Shown here piece after piece: positions 54,110 through 64,000 of a stretch of 64,000 bases of DNA. The stretch lies in IMG/VR virus record IMGVR_UViG_3300022723_000184, positions 128,001 through 192,000 of that record; one strand, 5' to 3'. The notes beneath the pieces were generated by a model, which was not told where the DNA came from, did not search any database, and worked only from the letters and a program-made list of their open reading frames with translations. How positions within the stretch are numbered: position 1 is the stretch's first letter; each line of letters begins with the position of its first letter. Made by a program: the position numbers and the translations under genes. This DNA comes from a virus. Lineage: Duplodnaviria; Caudoviricetes.

Positions 54110-55028
54110 AACAGGATCGCTGCAGGGCACACGGATGATCATCAGCCACTGGTCTCAGGATTTTCGTAATCAGTACGGGGACAGGTTCCCCGTCGATTAC
54201 ACGTGCTTTGACACGGAGACCACCGGCTTCAGCCGGGACAGCGATCTGATCGTTGAGTGGGGCCACTGCATCGTGCGGGACAGGGAGGTCACGGACAGAC
54301 TCAACGTCATCATCAACTGGTTCGGTGCGGGCCTGGTGCCCGACGAGTGGATCAGTACGGCGCTCAAACGGGTGGCCCGGAAGGTAAAGCTCAACACGGG
54401 CAACACGTTCCACGTCACCGAAGAGAAGATGAAGAAGAAGGGCGTGCCCGTCGACGAGGCGCTGCCTTGGATCCACGAACTGTTGACCACGGTCATCGAC
54501 AACGGTGAGTTCCTGGTCTCGCACAACGGCTGGAACTACGACTTCGAGATGATCCATGCCCACTTCCGTGACTTCATGGAGGTGGAGTTCGACATCCCGC
54601 CCAACCAGATGATCGACACCGGGGCCGTCGAGAAGGCCTCGCAGATGGTCGAGGATGACCGGATCCACCCAAAGCCGGGCGAGACGCTCAAGGCGTACTT
54701 TAAGCGGGTGGCGTACTTTCGGGCTCCGGGCGTTACCTGGAACCTGGGCGACTGGTGCTTCCACAAATACCGGCTCGGCGAGAAGTACGGCGCTGACCCG
54801 TCCAAGGCCCACCAGGCCGGCTACGACGCGTGGATGCTCCACCTGCTGATGGAGGAGTTCCGCGGCATGATCGAGATCCCGACGGAGCCCGAGGCCCCAA
54901 GGATCCAGCCGGCCCTGAAGACCAGGAACCCGAACGTCTCGAAGACCAGGCGTGCGGTGAAGAGGGAGGCCCAGCAGGGCATCCAACAGGCGGGCAAGAA
55001 GCGCCGCCGCAGGCAAAGGAATCGCTGA
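54090..55028 (+). CDS. DEDDh 3'-5' exonuclease (DnaQ-like)
   Basis: FDTETTG, SHNGWNYD, HQAGYDA. Confidence 0.88.
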   Translation: MEATATETGSLQGTRMIISHWSQDFRNQYGDRFPVDYTCFDTETTGFSRDSDLIVEWGHCIVRDREVTDRLNVIINWFGAGLVPDEWISTALKRVARKVKLNTGNTFHVTEEKMKKKGVPVDEALPWIHELLTTVIDNGEFLVSHNGWNYDFEMIHAHFRDFMEVEFDIPPNQMIDTGAVEKASQMVEDDRIHPKPGETLKAYFKRVAYFRAPGVTWNLGDWCFHKYRLGEKYGADPSKAHQAGYDAWMLHLLMEEFRGMIEIPTEPEAPRIQPALKTRNPNVSKTRRAVKREAQQGIQQAGKKRRRRQRNR

Positions 55029-55651
55029 TGGGCAGAAGAAGGTTTCACATCGAAGACCCCATCGAGCACCTGACCAAGGCGATCAAAAAGCTGGGGGACA
55101 ACCAGCTGTTTATCGGGATCGACCCGGGCAAGGACGGGGCCATCGCGTTCCTCCCCGACACGAGCAAGATCGTGCCGTGGGTGCTCGACATCCCGACGGA
55201 AAAAGAAGTCAAGAAGTCTACGGTCAAGGACCCGAAGAACCCCGGCAAGAAGAAGCGTAAGACGTCGACCCGCCGGTTCTACGACTACCACATGATCAAC
55301 CGCCTGTTCGACCCGATTATCGACCGGGTCCATGATGGCGACGGCCCCGTCCACGTGGCCCTGGAGCGCCAACAGCCCAGGGCCTCGGACTCGGGTGTCA
55401 CCGCGTTCTCCGTGGGCGTGGGATTCGGCATGTGGCACTTGTTCTTCACGTCCTTCAACATCCCGTGGGAGGAACCGCTTCCGTCTGTGTGGAAGCGGAA
55501 GATGGGCCTGCTCAAGACCGACAAAGACGCGTCTCGACGAAAGGCAAAGCAGCTGTTCCCGAAGGCCGCTCAGTTCTTCGAGCTGGTGGGCGACCACAAC
55601 CGTGCGGAGGCCGTACTGCTGGCCGAGTCTGTGCGGAGGGGCTTTAAGTGA
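55028..55651 (+). CDS. RuvC-like Holliday junction resolvase
   Basis: IGIDPGKDGA, VALERQ, WKRKMGL, DHNRAEAVL. Confidence 0.85.
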   Translation: MGRRRFHIEDPIEHLTKAIKKLGDNQLFIGIDPGKDGAIAFLPDTSKIVPWVLDIPTEKEVKKSTVKDPKNPGKKKRKTSTRRFYDYHMINRLFDPIIDRVHDGDGPVHVALERQQPRASDSGVTAFSVGVGFGMWHLFFTSFNIPWEEPLPSVWKRKMGLLKTDKDASRRKAKQLFPKAAQFFELVGDHNRAEAVLLAESVRRGFK

Positions 55652-56181
55652 TCGGTACCGAAGAACGGCAACAGCTCCACGAGAAGGTCCGCAAGCGTGT
55701 CGTCGGCAGGATCGGCGAGCGGTCTGCGGACAGCTTGTGCCTCTACTGGGCCCACTATGGGCTGCAGGTTTTGAAGGAGGCAGGGATCGAGGTGTGCCTC
55801 CAGGCGGGCTCGGCGTACTGGCCGAGAGTCGACAACCCGCGGGAGACGCCCGAACACGTGATGACCCACTTCGGGTACAAGTGGGAGCCCGACAGCAACC
55901 TGAGCAGGCTGTCCGTCAGGCTCGGCCACTTGCCCGAGATGCACATCTGGCTGGGCATCGTTGAGACCCAGGAGCTGGTGGACTTCTCCACCGGCACCTG
56001 GCCTCAGGCGTGCCGCGACCGGATCGGAGAGTGGGAGACGCAGGACCCGCCGCCCTATTACTGGGGACCGCCCGGGAACCTGCCAGAGGACGTGGTCTAC
56101 GAGCCGCACGCCAAGGCCACCATCCTGGCCGGTCACATCATCGACCGGCTGGAGGCTGTGCTGGGAGGAGTTGGAAAATGA
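55648..56181 (+). CDS. hypothetical protein
   Basis: GTGA coupling; PEMHIW..VDFSTG. Confidence 0.65.
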   Translation: MIGTEERQQLHEKVRKRVVGRIGERSADSLCLYWAHYGLQVLKEAGIEVCLQAGSAYWPRVDNPRETPEHVMTHFGYKWEPDSNLSRLSVRLGHLPEMHIWLGIVETQELVDFSTGTWPQACRDRIGEWETQDPPPYYWGPPGNLPEDVVYEPHAKATILAGHIIDRLEAVLGGVGK

Positions 56182-57023
56182 CGGTGGAGGCGAAAACCTA
56201 CAAGCAGGACTGCGTCCAGGGTCTGGCCCAGCGGGTGAAGGCCGGGACTGCGAACTTCGTGTTCGCTGACCCGCCTTACAACATCGGCCAGGAGTACGAC
56301 GCGTACGACGACAAGAAGGGGCGCAACGAGTACATCACCTGGTCCCGCATGTGGATCGACAAGGTGGCCGACGCCCTACACCCGCACGGGGCGTTCTGCC
56401 TGATGATCGGCGACGCGTTCGTGTCCGACATGGACATGCTTGCCCGCGAAAACAAGCTGTACAAGCGGCAGCACATCATCTGGCACTTCACGTTCGGCCA
56501 GCACAACGCGAACGGCCTGGCCCAGTCGCACGTCCACATCCTCTACTACACCAAGCACAAGACCAAGAGGACGATGAACGTGGACGACCCTGAGGTGCGT
56601 GTGCCCTCGGCCCGCCAGCTCAAGTACAACGACAAGCGGGCTAACCCCAAAGGCAAGCCCCCGGCCTCGGTCTGGGCCCTGCTCCCTGAGCAGCTGCCCG
56701 AGGGTTTCGATCCCTGCAGCAACACTTGGCTGTTCAGCCGGATCTGTGGGACGTTCAAGGAAAAGAAGAAGGGGATGCCCAACCAGCTGCCGGTTCCGCT
56801 TGTCGAGCGGTGCGTGCGGCTGTTCAGCAATCCCGGGGATCTCGTGGTCGATCCGTTCCTGGGCACTGGGACGACGGCCGTCGCCTGCCTGAACTCGGGT
56901 CGCAACTTCGTTGGGTTCGATATCAGCGCCAAGTGTGTGAAGGTGGCAAGGGATCGGATCAAGGAAGCAGCCGGCCGGCAGGCCAGGAAGAAGGACGATG
57001 ACAAAACTCTCTTTGACAGCTGA
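56178..57023 (+). CDS. N4/N6 DNA methyltransferase (beta class)
   Basis: DPPY catalytic motif precedes DPFLGTGTT SAM-binding motif. Confidence 0.92.
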   Translation: MTVEAKTYKQDCVQGLAQRVKAGTANFVFADPPYNIGQEYDAYDDKKGRNEYITWSRMWIDKVADALHPHGAFCLMIGDAFVSDMDMLARENKLYKRQHIIWHFTFGQHNANGLAQSHVHILYYTKHKTKRTMNVDDPEVRVPSARQLKYNDKRANPKGKPPASVWALLPEQLPEGFDPCSNTWLFSRICGTFKEKKKGMPNQLPVPLVERCVRLFSNPGDLVVDPFLGTGTTAVACLNSGRNFVGFDISAKCVKVARDRIKEAAGRQARKKDDDKTLFDS

Positions 57024-57327
57024 GGACTACAACAACCTGGTGGCGGGAAAGGTCGTCAAGAGGGACGGCGTTGAGATCGCTCTCCAGGACATCGGCTTTG
57101 CCAAGATGCGTTACGGCATCGACGCTGCCGAACAGTTCGCGAGCACGGAAACCACGCGGTTCCAGACGATCGGCATCGACCACGGTGCTCCGGATGGCGA
57201 AAGGGGCGGCCGGATGGTCGCGTGCCCCTGCGGCCAGGTCACGGGGATCGATCGACTGCACGCGCTGAACATGATCAACGGTCAGACCGTGACGTGTCCG
57301 GCTTGCGGCAAGACCGGCAGCATCTAA
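56998..57327 (+). CDS. hypothetical protein with zinc ribbon
   Basis: CPCG and CPAC. Confidence 0.6.
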   Translation: MTKLSLTAEDYNNLVAGKVVKRDGVEIALQDIGFAKMRYGIDAAEQFASTETTRFQTIGIDHGAPDGERGGRMVACPCGQVTGIDRLHALNMINGQTVTCPACGKTGSI

Positions 57328-57339
57328 AAAGTACTTTTT
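57326..57339. promoter_or_regulatory. AAAAAGTACTTTTT palindrome
   Basis: exact copy; 20-bp context ATCTAAAAAGTACTTTTTGA identical to 16095-16114. Confidence 0.7.
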
Positions 57340-57352
57340 GAAAGGCAGGGCG

Positions 57353-58582
57353 ATGCAGTACGCCATTTACAACAAGGATCCCGACGGCAACCCCGTGGAC
57401 CGCGTGGAGAACCCGGAGGGCGGCGAGCTGGTCTTCGACGAGTACGAGGCGGCAACGGCCTGGTTGGTCGAGGCCGCCCGGACCAAAAAGATCCCGCTCA
57501 AAGTCGCCGGTTACTCGATCCAGTGCGTCGACAGCGAGGGCAACCTTGTCGAGGCGGTGCCCGAGGGCGACGCCAAGGCCGCCGGGAACCAGGCCAACGA
57601 GCTGCTGGCCTCTAACAAGGACGTGCGGCAGGCAGTGGCCACCATGATCGCCGGCCGCCAGATGTACGCCGTGGCCGTCACCGAGCTGGAGAGGGTGCTG
57701 GACAAGCTGGAGGACGTCCACCCGTTGGTGGCCGACGTCCTGGTCCAGACGGCGGCCCAGACCGCGTCCGAGCCCTTCGACGAGACGATCTTGTTCCAGG
57801 GCCTGGTCGAGACCGTGTTTCCCTGGATGCAGGAGGTTTGCAAGAAGCACACCGACGAAGAGGTCGAAGAGCGAAAGGCCGAGGCCCAGGTCAACGAGGA
57901 CCGTCGCCGCAAGTGCAGAGTCCCGATCGGCGTGTACCTGGACCGAGGCCAAGACGAGTACTTGACCCGCGGCACGCACGTGGTGTTCGTCGGTTACGGC
58001 CCGGCCATCCGGGTGGTGCTCGACCACATCACGACCCGGACCCTTGCCGCGGTTTCCGACGAACACCCCAACGCCGTTTTTACCGTCCTACGCCTCGCCG
58101 ACAAGGCGACCAAGGAAGACGCCCACGAGCGGCTGGTCCGGTTGGGTAAGGGCGACTGGGAGGACTGCGCCAAGAACGGCAAGTCGTTCCCCCGCCTCGT
58201 CGGTGAGAAGATCCTGCCGATGCTGCCGGCGATGCCCGACCTGTTGGTGTGCGACGACATGGCGCACGCTCACACCGGCATCCACAACTCCCGGGAAACG
58301 ACCCGGGCCAACGAGACCCTTCGCCGCCTGGGCAAGTGGTCGAGCGACGACGCCGGGTGTGCGTTCGTCGGGGCCATCCCGCTCAATAGCAAGGCCCCGC
58401 CCGTGCTTATGGGCTCTGAATGGGAGAGGCTTAAGGCCCATTCCGTCATCCGACCGGTCACCGTGACCACGGACGGCGTGGAGGAGGGCAAAGCCAAGAT
58501 CACGATCGGCCGCGACGCTTTCGAGCTGGTGGTCGACCAAGAGCTGTTGCAGGGCAAGAACAAGATCGTTCTGTCCGACTAG
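57353..58582 (+). CDS. hypothetical protein
   Basis: long ORF with strong codon bias. Confidence 0.7.
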   Translation: MQYAIYNKDPDGNPVDRVENPEGGELVFDEYEAATAWLVEAARTKKIPLKVAGYSIQCVDSEGNLVEAVPEGDAKAAGNQANELLASNKDVRQAVATMIAGRQMYAVAVTELERVLDKLEDVHPLVADVLVQTAAQTASEPFDETILFQGLVETVFPWMQEVCKKHTDEEVEERKAEAQVNEDRRRKCRVPIGVYLDRGQDEYLTRGTHVVFVGYGPAIRVVLDHITTRTLAAVSDEHPNAVFTVLRLADKATKEDAHERLVRLGKGDWEDCAKNGKSFPRLVGEKILPMLPAMPDLLVCDDMAHAHTGIHNSRETTRANETLRRLGKWSSDDAGCAFVGAIPLNSKAPPVLMGSEWERLKAHSVIRPVTVTTDGVEEGKAKITIGRDAFELVVDQELLQGKNKIVLSD

Positions 58583-58590
58583 GAGAGATC

Positions 58591-59259
58591 ATGCCTCAGA
58601 AGCTGATCATTGCTTACCGTACTCGACCGGCCGAGGTCGAGGTTCCGATGCCCACGTTCAAGGCCCCGTCCCAGTACAAGGCCCAGGACAAGATCGACGC
58701 GTACATCGCGGACAAAGAGGCGGCCTTCCTCGCCTCGCTGAAGGACAAGCCGTACACCGGGACCTTCGACGAGGTGAAGATCTTCGACACGGGCCATGAG
58801 GAGATGGTGACCTACAAGTACCGGGCGCCGGACAGCGACAAGCCGCCGGTCTGCCTCGCCATCCGCGACTGGCTGCTCAAGCGGTACCCGAAGGCCTGGC
58901 CCAACTCCACCAACTTCAAGGGCCTGCCCGAGGCCGTGTTCATCGGGTTCAACCCCAGGCTGTTCGTGAAGATGTTGGGCATCGAGTGCAGCCTGCCCGA
59001 GAACCAGCCGATGAAGGAGGGCGAGCGGGACCCGTCGAAGACCAACGCGCTGCCCCTGTCCATGTGGTACGGCCAGTCCGACTACCGGGACATCGAGGAG
59101 GCGGCCAAGCCCAAGGAGTTCGACCTGAGCTGGGAGATCGTGCTCGGCGCCCGCGGCCTGAGCTTCCCGGGCTGGGCGGGACCGGGCACGGACCCTGAGA
59201 CGGATCTCAAGATCGCCATCGAACTGGCCAGCCAGCTGGGGATGCTGACGGAGGCCTGA
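58591..59259 (+). CDS. hypothetical protein
   Basis: RBS AGGAG. Confidence 0.7.
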   Translation: MPQKLIIAYRTRPAEVEVPMPTFKAPSQYKAQDKIDAYIADKEAAFLASLKDKPYTGTFDEVKIFDTGHEEMVTYKYRAPDSDKPPVCLAIRDWLLKRYPKAWPNSTNFKGLPEAVFIGFNPRLFVKMLGIECSLPENQPMKEGERDPSKTNALPLSMWYGQSDYRDIEEAAKPKEFDLSWEIVLGARGLSFPGWAGPGTDPETDLKIAIELASQLGMLTEA

Positions 59260-59945
59260 TGGCGGACGACCCGCAACAAGAAGGGTTCTCGGGGCAGGCA
59301 CGCCGGATCATTGGCGAGCCGATCGAGAAGTACGAGATGAAGTTCGGCGCCGCCGAGGGCCTTTACAGGTTCACGGACCAGGTGCGGTTCTTCACCCCGG
59401 CCCTTCTGTATTTGCACGGGCGGTTCACGGACGAACCGCTCGTGCAATTTTGCGACGAGCAGGACATCGACCTGCAACTCATGCACCGCCGGTTCGAGCA
59501 GCCGATCTTCCAGGGCCTACACACCCCGGACGGCGACCCCGACTGGAACTACGTGCTGTGGGGTGTGGTCGATGAACACTACGAGCGGTTGGAGAACTAC
59601 ATGCTCTCCATTACGCTGACCGACGCCAACAGCGGCTGGGTGTCCCGGGTTGGTGCCGCTGACCTGGAGATCGTCGACCCGCTGTGGTTGGACAGAAACA
59701 GGCTGATCACGCCGACGGCCCCCCGCATCCCTGCGGTGGCCTGGGGCGTCGATAGCACGGCAGGTGCTCTGTCTCTGGAGGCTCCCCCCGGTGAGGTGTA
59801 CGAACTACCTCGCCTCAAGCGGCATCCTCCACAGCCAGAGACCCTGGCGTTCGCCGAGGCCCTGAGGACAGGGCGTAACCCGTTGGCCGCGAGAGAAGCA
59901 TCTCTCCGCGAGCAAGAAGGAGCAGACGATGCGAGTGATACTTGA
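59259..59945 (+). CDS. hypothetical protein
   Basis: TGATG coupling. Confidence 0.65.
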   Translation: MADDPQQEGFSGQARRIIGEPIEKYEMKFGAAEGLYRFTDQVRFFTPALLYLHGRFTDEPLVQFCDEQDIDLQLMHRRFEQPIFQGLHTPDGDPDWNYVLWGVVDEHYERLENYMLSITLTDANSGWVSRVGAADLEIVDPLWLDRNRLITPTAPRIPAVAWGVDSTAGALSLEAPPGEVYELPRLKRHPPQPETLAFAEALRTGRNPLAAREASLREQEGADDASDT

Positions 59946-60216
59946 GCCGTGCCCCGGCGCCGTGATTACGGGGAAGGACAAAGAGGGCAACGAGGTTCAG
60001 TTGGAGAGCGTGGCGGTCACGCCGTTCTTCTCCAGCGCCCAGGGCCATGGTGGCGTGGTGCTTGGAAAGGCCATAACCCAGCAGGGCAAGGCCGTCGACT
60101 CGTTCATGATCCGGGCCAGCGGGACTACGGGCAAGATTACGAAGGGCGAGCGGCCCAGCGGCAAGAGCGTGATTCCGGCGGTCGACAAGCCGAGCAGCAA
60201 GGACCCTGGCAAGTGA
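59929..60216 (+). CDS. hypothetical protein
   Basis: RBS AAGGAG. Confidence 0.6.
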   Translation: MRVILEPCPGAVITGKDKEGNEVQLESVAVTPFFSSAQGHGGVVLGKAITQQGKAVDSFMIRASGTTGKITKGERPSGKSVIPAVDKPSSKDPGK

Positions 60217-60623
60217 GCGGCATCGTTCCTTCCAGGCTATACCGCGTGAAGGTGTTCGAGTCCCGCGAGCGATTTTCGTGGGACGGCACGAACGAGGGCT
60301 GGATCAGGGACAAGCGGTCGGACGCTATCCTTGAGCACCAGATCAACGAGTGGATCAGCGAGACCAAGGCCCTGGTCGTTGGAACCGGGCCCATGAATCT
60401 GGTTACGCACCCCACGGACAAACGGACTCGGTACGAGTTGAGATCAGTGGCTATCATTTACGTGCCACCAGTGGAGCAGGGCGATCATGTCTACGGAGAG
60501 CAACCGAAAAAGCAAGGACAGGGCCAGCAAGTTCGTCAGCAGCCTGAGCCCGGCAGCGCAATGCCAACTCGCCGGGTCAGCGACGGCCACCTCGGCGGCG
60601 GGGGACGGTCGGCGGGCGGCTGA
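60213..60623 (+). CDS. hypothetical protein
   Basis: GTGA coupling; overlaps the next ORF by about 137 bp. Confidence 0.45.
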   Translation: MSGIVPSRLYRVKVFESRERFSWDGTNEGWIRDKRSDAILEHQINEWISETKALVVGTGPMNLVTHPTDKRTRYELRSVAIIYVPPVEQGDHVYGEQPKKQGQGQQVRQQPEPGSAMPTRRVSDGHLGGGGRSAGG

Positions 60624-61113
60624 GAAGTTGATGGCCGGGCTCCCAGAGGCCACGAGGCTCGCCCTTGAGGCGGCAGAGCCCCAGGAGTTCGAGCTGCCCG
60701 AGGACACGGTGCCCGGTTTCTGTATGGTCGAGTGTCACGAGGGTGAGTTCCCGCTGCTCCGGATCTTCGCCACCCTCGAAGGCCTGGTCGCTCGCATGGC
60801 CAAGTTGGAGGGTCAGGACGTTACGGTCCATCCGTTTTGGGGAATTCCTCTACCCTTCAGCACGGCCCCTAACCGGGTGCTTCTGTTGCCCGGGGACAAG
60901 GCGATCGGCATCAACAAGTCGCAGAGGCCGGTGGACGTCAGTGAAAAGACCCTGGAGGTCCAGGAGGACTGTTTCCTGGGCATGCCCGAGCTTTCGATTG
61001 CACCGCCCAGCTATATCAAGGAAGATGCGGCCAGGGCGGAGGCCTTGGCCGCTGCTGCCGACGCGGACGATACGTTCGACGATGACGACGAAACTTTATC
61101 GTCACCTAAATAA
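60487..61113 (+). CDS. hypothetical protein
   Basis: ORF, codon bias. Confidence 0.6.
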   Translation: MSTESNRKSKDRASKFVSSLSPAAQCQLAGSATATSAAGDGRRAAEKLMAGLPEATRLALEAAEPQEFELPEDTVPGFCMVECHEGEFPLLRIFATLEGLVARMAKLEGQDVTVHPFWGIPLPFSTAPNRVLLLPGDKAIGINKSQRPVDVSEKTLEVQEDCFLGMPELSIAPPSYIKEDAARAEALAAAADADDTFDDDDETLSSPK

Positions 61114-61353
61114 CGGCTCAAAACGCGTCAAAATACATGCAGGCAACTTAGCCTGCTCAATCAGGACCCCGGAAGGCTCCGTCGGGCATTTCTGCTCGGC
61201 GGGGTCTTTTTCTTTTCACATCCATGGAACAGACCCAGTACCAGATGAGCCGACCTTCGGGTCACCTGAGACGGGACCGGTCTGTTCCCTGGATCTGAAC
61301 CACGTGGCGGCCGGAGCCGCCGAAACAAGACACCTCTCAAGTAGGAGAACGTC

Positions 61354-62970
61354 ATGGGAAAACCTTTCATCCAACGCCGTCCGAAGACTCCGCGGCACCT
61401 GCAGTGGGACAAGCTCAAGAAGGCCCGTTCCAAGGTCCGCATGGACGAGGTCCAGTTCTCGGGGTTCCTCGGGTTCTCGGCCATCCTCGATGACCCGACG
61501 ACCAACCTCGACCGGCTCGTGCCTTCCGACCAGATCAGGTTCGCCTGCGTCCGGTACACGAAGGTGGGTGCCTTCCCCAACCTCGGCAAGCCTAAGGAAG
61601 GCCACCTGGCCTCCTACGGTCGTGCGCGGCTCGCCTACAACATGCCCCTCATCGATCTGACCGATGCCAGGAACCTCGTGAACTTCCGGGACCGCCCGGA
61701 CAGTGAGCTGAGGGGCCACCCGGTTTCCCAGTACGACAACCTGCTGAACCACGAGCTGTACGATCGTGAGTTCGGTGTCTACAACGCCATGGTGGCCGAC
61801 GTCGACCGCCGGGCCTTTTGCGGCGTGGACTCCAAGGGCAAGCCCATTCGCCCTTCATGGTTTTACCGTCGTCCCAAAAACCTCAAGGACAAGATCAAGA
61901 TCGAACATCGCCCCGAGGTCAACATCGAGGCGTTCGTCGGCGTGGACCGTGACGATCTGGATCTGCTCTACAACATGGCGACCGAGAAGTCAGTGGACCG
62001 TCAGCTGCGGTATGCCTGCCCCAAGTGCAACGCCAAGCACCGGGCCGAGGAGTTCACCCGCCGCAAGTTCAAGACCCAGTGGTTCGAGGACGGCAACTTC
62101 GTGGCCACGTGCTCCAAGTGCCGGACGCGGCGGAAGTATTTCGTCGACAACGCCCTGCCCGAGCGGGAGCACCGCTCGTTCAACATGGCGTTCAAAATCG
62201 GGTTCTGCGAGTGGGTGGCCGCCGGCGGCCCGTTCGTGATGCGCCACTACGCCAAGTACGTCGAGTCATGTGACGTGCCGGGCGAGTGCTACGGGCCCGA
62301 CCTCACGATGCACGGGTTCACCGACGGCGACCTGGAGTACGACATCTTCATGCCGCCCAAGATCGCACCCCACTTCGAGCCGGGGATGCTGATGCGGCCT
62401 GGCGACGTGTTCGCCAACGTCGTGACGCTCTCCAGCGAGAAGCTCAGGGCCTGGGCCAAGCAGTCGCTCAAGGACCGCTGGCTCAGCCTGCCCGATGTGT
62501 TCGGCGGTAAGGACATGCTCGGCTTCGTCCAGAAGCTGTGGTTCGACAACCAGGCGACGCCTGTCGACACCGGCAGCGGCCGGCACGTTTACGCCTTCCC
62601 CACCTCGCTGATCGGTCAGGCCGCCGGTAAGATCCGGACCCACGGCCTGTGGTGGGATCTGAGCGCGGCCAAGAAACATCTGCGTCCGGAGCTGGGGGCG
62701 ATCGTCTTCCCCTCGATTCGGATCAAGCAGTGGGACCAGTTCCAGGTGGACCTGCCCGGGCAGATCCGTCTGGATGCTCGGGTCGATGACCCGAGATTCG
62801 ATCCGGAGTGCACCATGCTCGACGAGATCAAGAAGGAGCAGGCGCGTCGTCACCGCCCCAAGCGGGACCGCAACAAGCCCAACACCAAGGACAACGAGGT
62901 GGTGGGCTTGACCGACGACGGCACGCATGAAGTCGTGGAACTCGGCGGCGGTTACAAGAAGGCCGACTGA
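61354..62970 (+). CDS. hypothetical protein with zinc-ribbon motifs
   Basis: RBS AGGAG; CPKC and CSKC; 538 aa. Confidence 0.75.
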   Translation: MGKPFIQRRPKTPRHLQWDKLKKARSKVRMDEVQFSGFLGFSAILDDPTTNLDRLVPSDQIRFACVRYTKVGAFPNLGKPKEGHLASYGRARLAYNMPLIDLTDARNLVNFRDRPDSELRGHPVSQYDNLLNHELYDREFGVYNAMVADVDRRAFCGVDSKGKPIRPSWFYRRPKNLKDKIKIEHRPEVNIEAFVGVDRDDLDLLYNMATEKSVDRQLRYACPKCNAKHRAEEFTRRKFKTQWFEDGNFVATCSKCRTRRKYFVDNALPEREHRSFNMAFKIGFCEWVAAGGPFVMRHYAKYVESCDVPGECYGPDLTMHGFTDGDLEYDIFMPPKIAPHFEPGMLMRPGDVFANVVTLSSEKLRAWAKQSLKDRWLSLPDVFGGKDMLGFVQKLWFDNQATPVDTGSGRHVYAFPTSLIGQAAGKIRTHGLWWDLSAAKKHLRPELGAIVFPSIRIKQWDQFQVDLPGQIRLDARVDDPRFDPECTMLDEIKKEQARRHRPKRDRNKPNTKDNEVVGLTDDGTHEVVELGGGYKKAD

Positions 62971-63000
62971 ACGACAACGAATAACCCCTGGAGGAGGGGT

Positions 63001-63034
63001 GGGTAGGGGCCTTCGGGCCCCTACCCCTTTTTTT
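63001..63034 (+). terminator. rho-independent terminator with UUCG loop
   Basis: GGGTAGGGGCC-TTCG-GGCCCCTACCC followed by a T run. Confidence 0.92.
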
Positions 63035-63085
63035 AGCTATCAAAAGCACTTATACTTCTTCAGACCTTTTTTGAAGGAAATTGTC

Positions 63086-64000
63086 ATGACTCAGGTTCCT
63101 GCTGTGCCCCCCGGCGCCGCCTCGTGGTGGAAAGGGGGAACTGGGGAACCGCCGACCGTTGCGCACACTCCCAACCCTGCTGCGTATCACATGGCTGATT
63201 CGCGACAGGTCGAGCGTGGCGGTACAGGCACGGTGATCCCGCGTGCCAGGAACGACGGCGGCTCCATGGGATTTGACGGGACGAAGCCGGGCATCGTGCA
63301 TGTGGACCCGGACGCACCGGACGGCGGGGCCCGGGTCGACCTGACCAGGCTCCAGAAGGCCGACCTCCAGAAGGCCCTGTCCGAGTCCAGCGACCCTCAC
63401 GAGGTTTATTACAAGATCAGCACGGGCCCCGCCCCGAAGCCGGTAGCCGCACCGCCCACGACACGGGCCGCCTCGCTCCCGGTCAACCCGGTAATGCCCG
63501 GCAGCTACGTGACGCCGGCGGCGAACACCGACGGCACGCAGATCGCCCCGCAGCCCGGCAACCAGACGCTGGGCTTCCAGGCTCCGGTCGCCTCGCCGGC
63601 CGTCGCCCCACTCCATCAGGAGGAACCCATGTCCCAGGCGCCGACCACCCCGCAACCCGTACTCGAACCGGCGCCGGCCGTGGCCCCTCAGACCACAACG
63701 CTGCCCCCGGTCCAGAACACCTCGCCGCCGCCCCAGCCCGTGGCGTCGCCTGCCCCTGCCCCTGCCCCTGCCCCTGCCCCTGCCCCTGCCCCGCCGGTCG
63801 ACTACGGCCTGATCGGTCATATGATCAAGCAGGCCGTGGCCGAGGCCGTGCCCGCGGCTCAGCCCATGACCCCGGCACCGCCCGTCCCGCCGCCCTCGGC
63901 CCCCGAGGGCCTGCCTTCGGCTGCCGCCCCGCCCACCGGGCCAGCCGTGCAACCGGTCGAGGACTGGCAGCGGTTCGGCCAGGAGCAGGAGCAACAGCAG
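63086..64000 (+). CDS. Pro/Ala-rich protein, runs off the window end
   Basis: ATG after AAGGA; open frame containing a (CCTGCC)n Pro-Ala repeat. Confidence 0.65.
   Translation, partial: MTQVPAVPPGAASWWKGGTGEPPTVAHTPNPAAYHMADSRQVERGGTGTVIPRARNDGGSMGFDGTKPGIVHVDPDAPDGGARVDLTRLQKADLQKALSESSDPHEVYYKISTGPAPKPVAAPPTTRAASLPVNPVMPGSYVTPAANTDGTQIAPQPGNQTLGFQAPVASPAVAPLHQEEPMSQAPTTPQPVLEPAPAVAPQTTTLPPVQNTSPPPQPVASPAPAPAPAPAPAPAPPVDYGLIGHMIKQAVAEAVPAAQPMTPAPPVPPPSAPEGLPSAAAPPTGPAVQPVEDWQRFGQEQEQQQ

Overview
A 64-kb, GC-rich, gene-dense segment of a large dsDNA bacteriophage genome, almost all on the + strand. It carries an intein-containing terminase large subunit, a replication/recombination module (SF2 helicase, DnaB-like helicase, primase, family A DNA polymerase with an N-terminal UDG-like domain, RecA-like protein, Mre11/Rad50, RuvC-like resolvase), nucleotide metabolism genes (dcd, thyX, dNMP kinase) and host-regulation genes (csrA, HD hydrolase). 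A Planctomycetota host is a guess from gene content only. The main result is a phage-encoded compact type V CRISPR system: a 589-aa Cas12m (V-U1/V-M)-like effector with an apparently intact D-E-D RuvC triad, followed by an 11-repeat/10-spacer array, with no cas1/cas2 in the window. Three solitary copies of the same repeat lie elsewhere. One (8027-8062, minus strand, 35/36 identical) has its own copy of the leader/-10 element and is fused directly to a truncated GHKL ATPase gene. The other two sit just before the ribosome-binding sites of cas12m and of the recA-like gene. This suggests a repeat-based regulatory or mini-guide network, which is an inference to be tested. Other oddities: an intein whose homing endonuclease lies in another reading frame, strand switches that all fall on CTAG/CATG palindromes, a recurring AAAAAGTACTTTTT palindrome, and a hairpin-rich AT island. 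All family assignments come from motif recognition by eye; no database searches were run.
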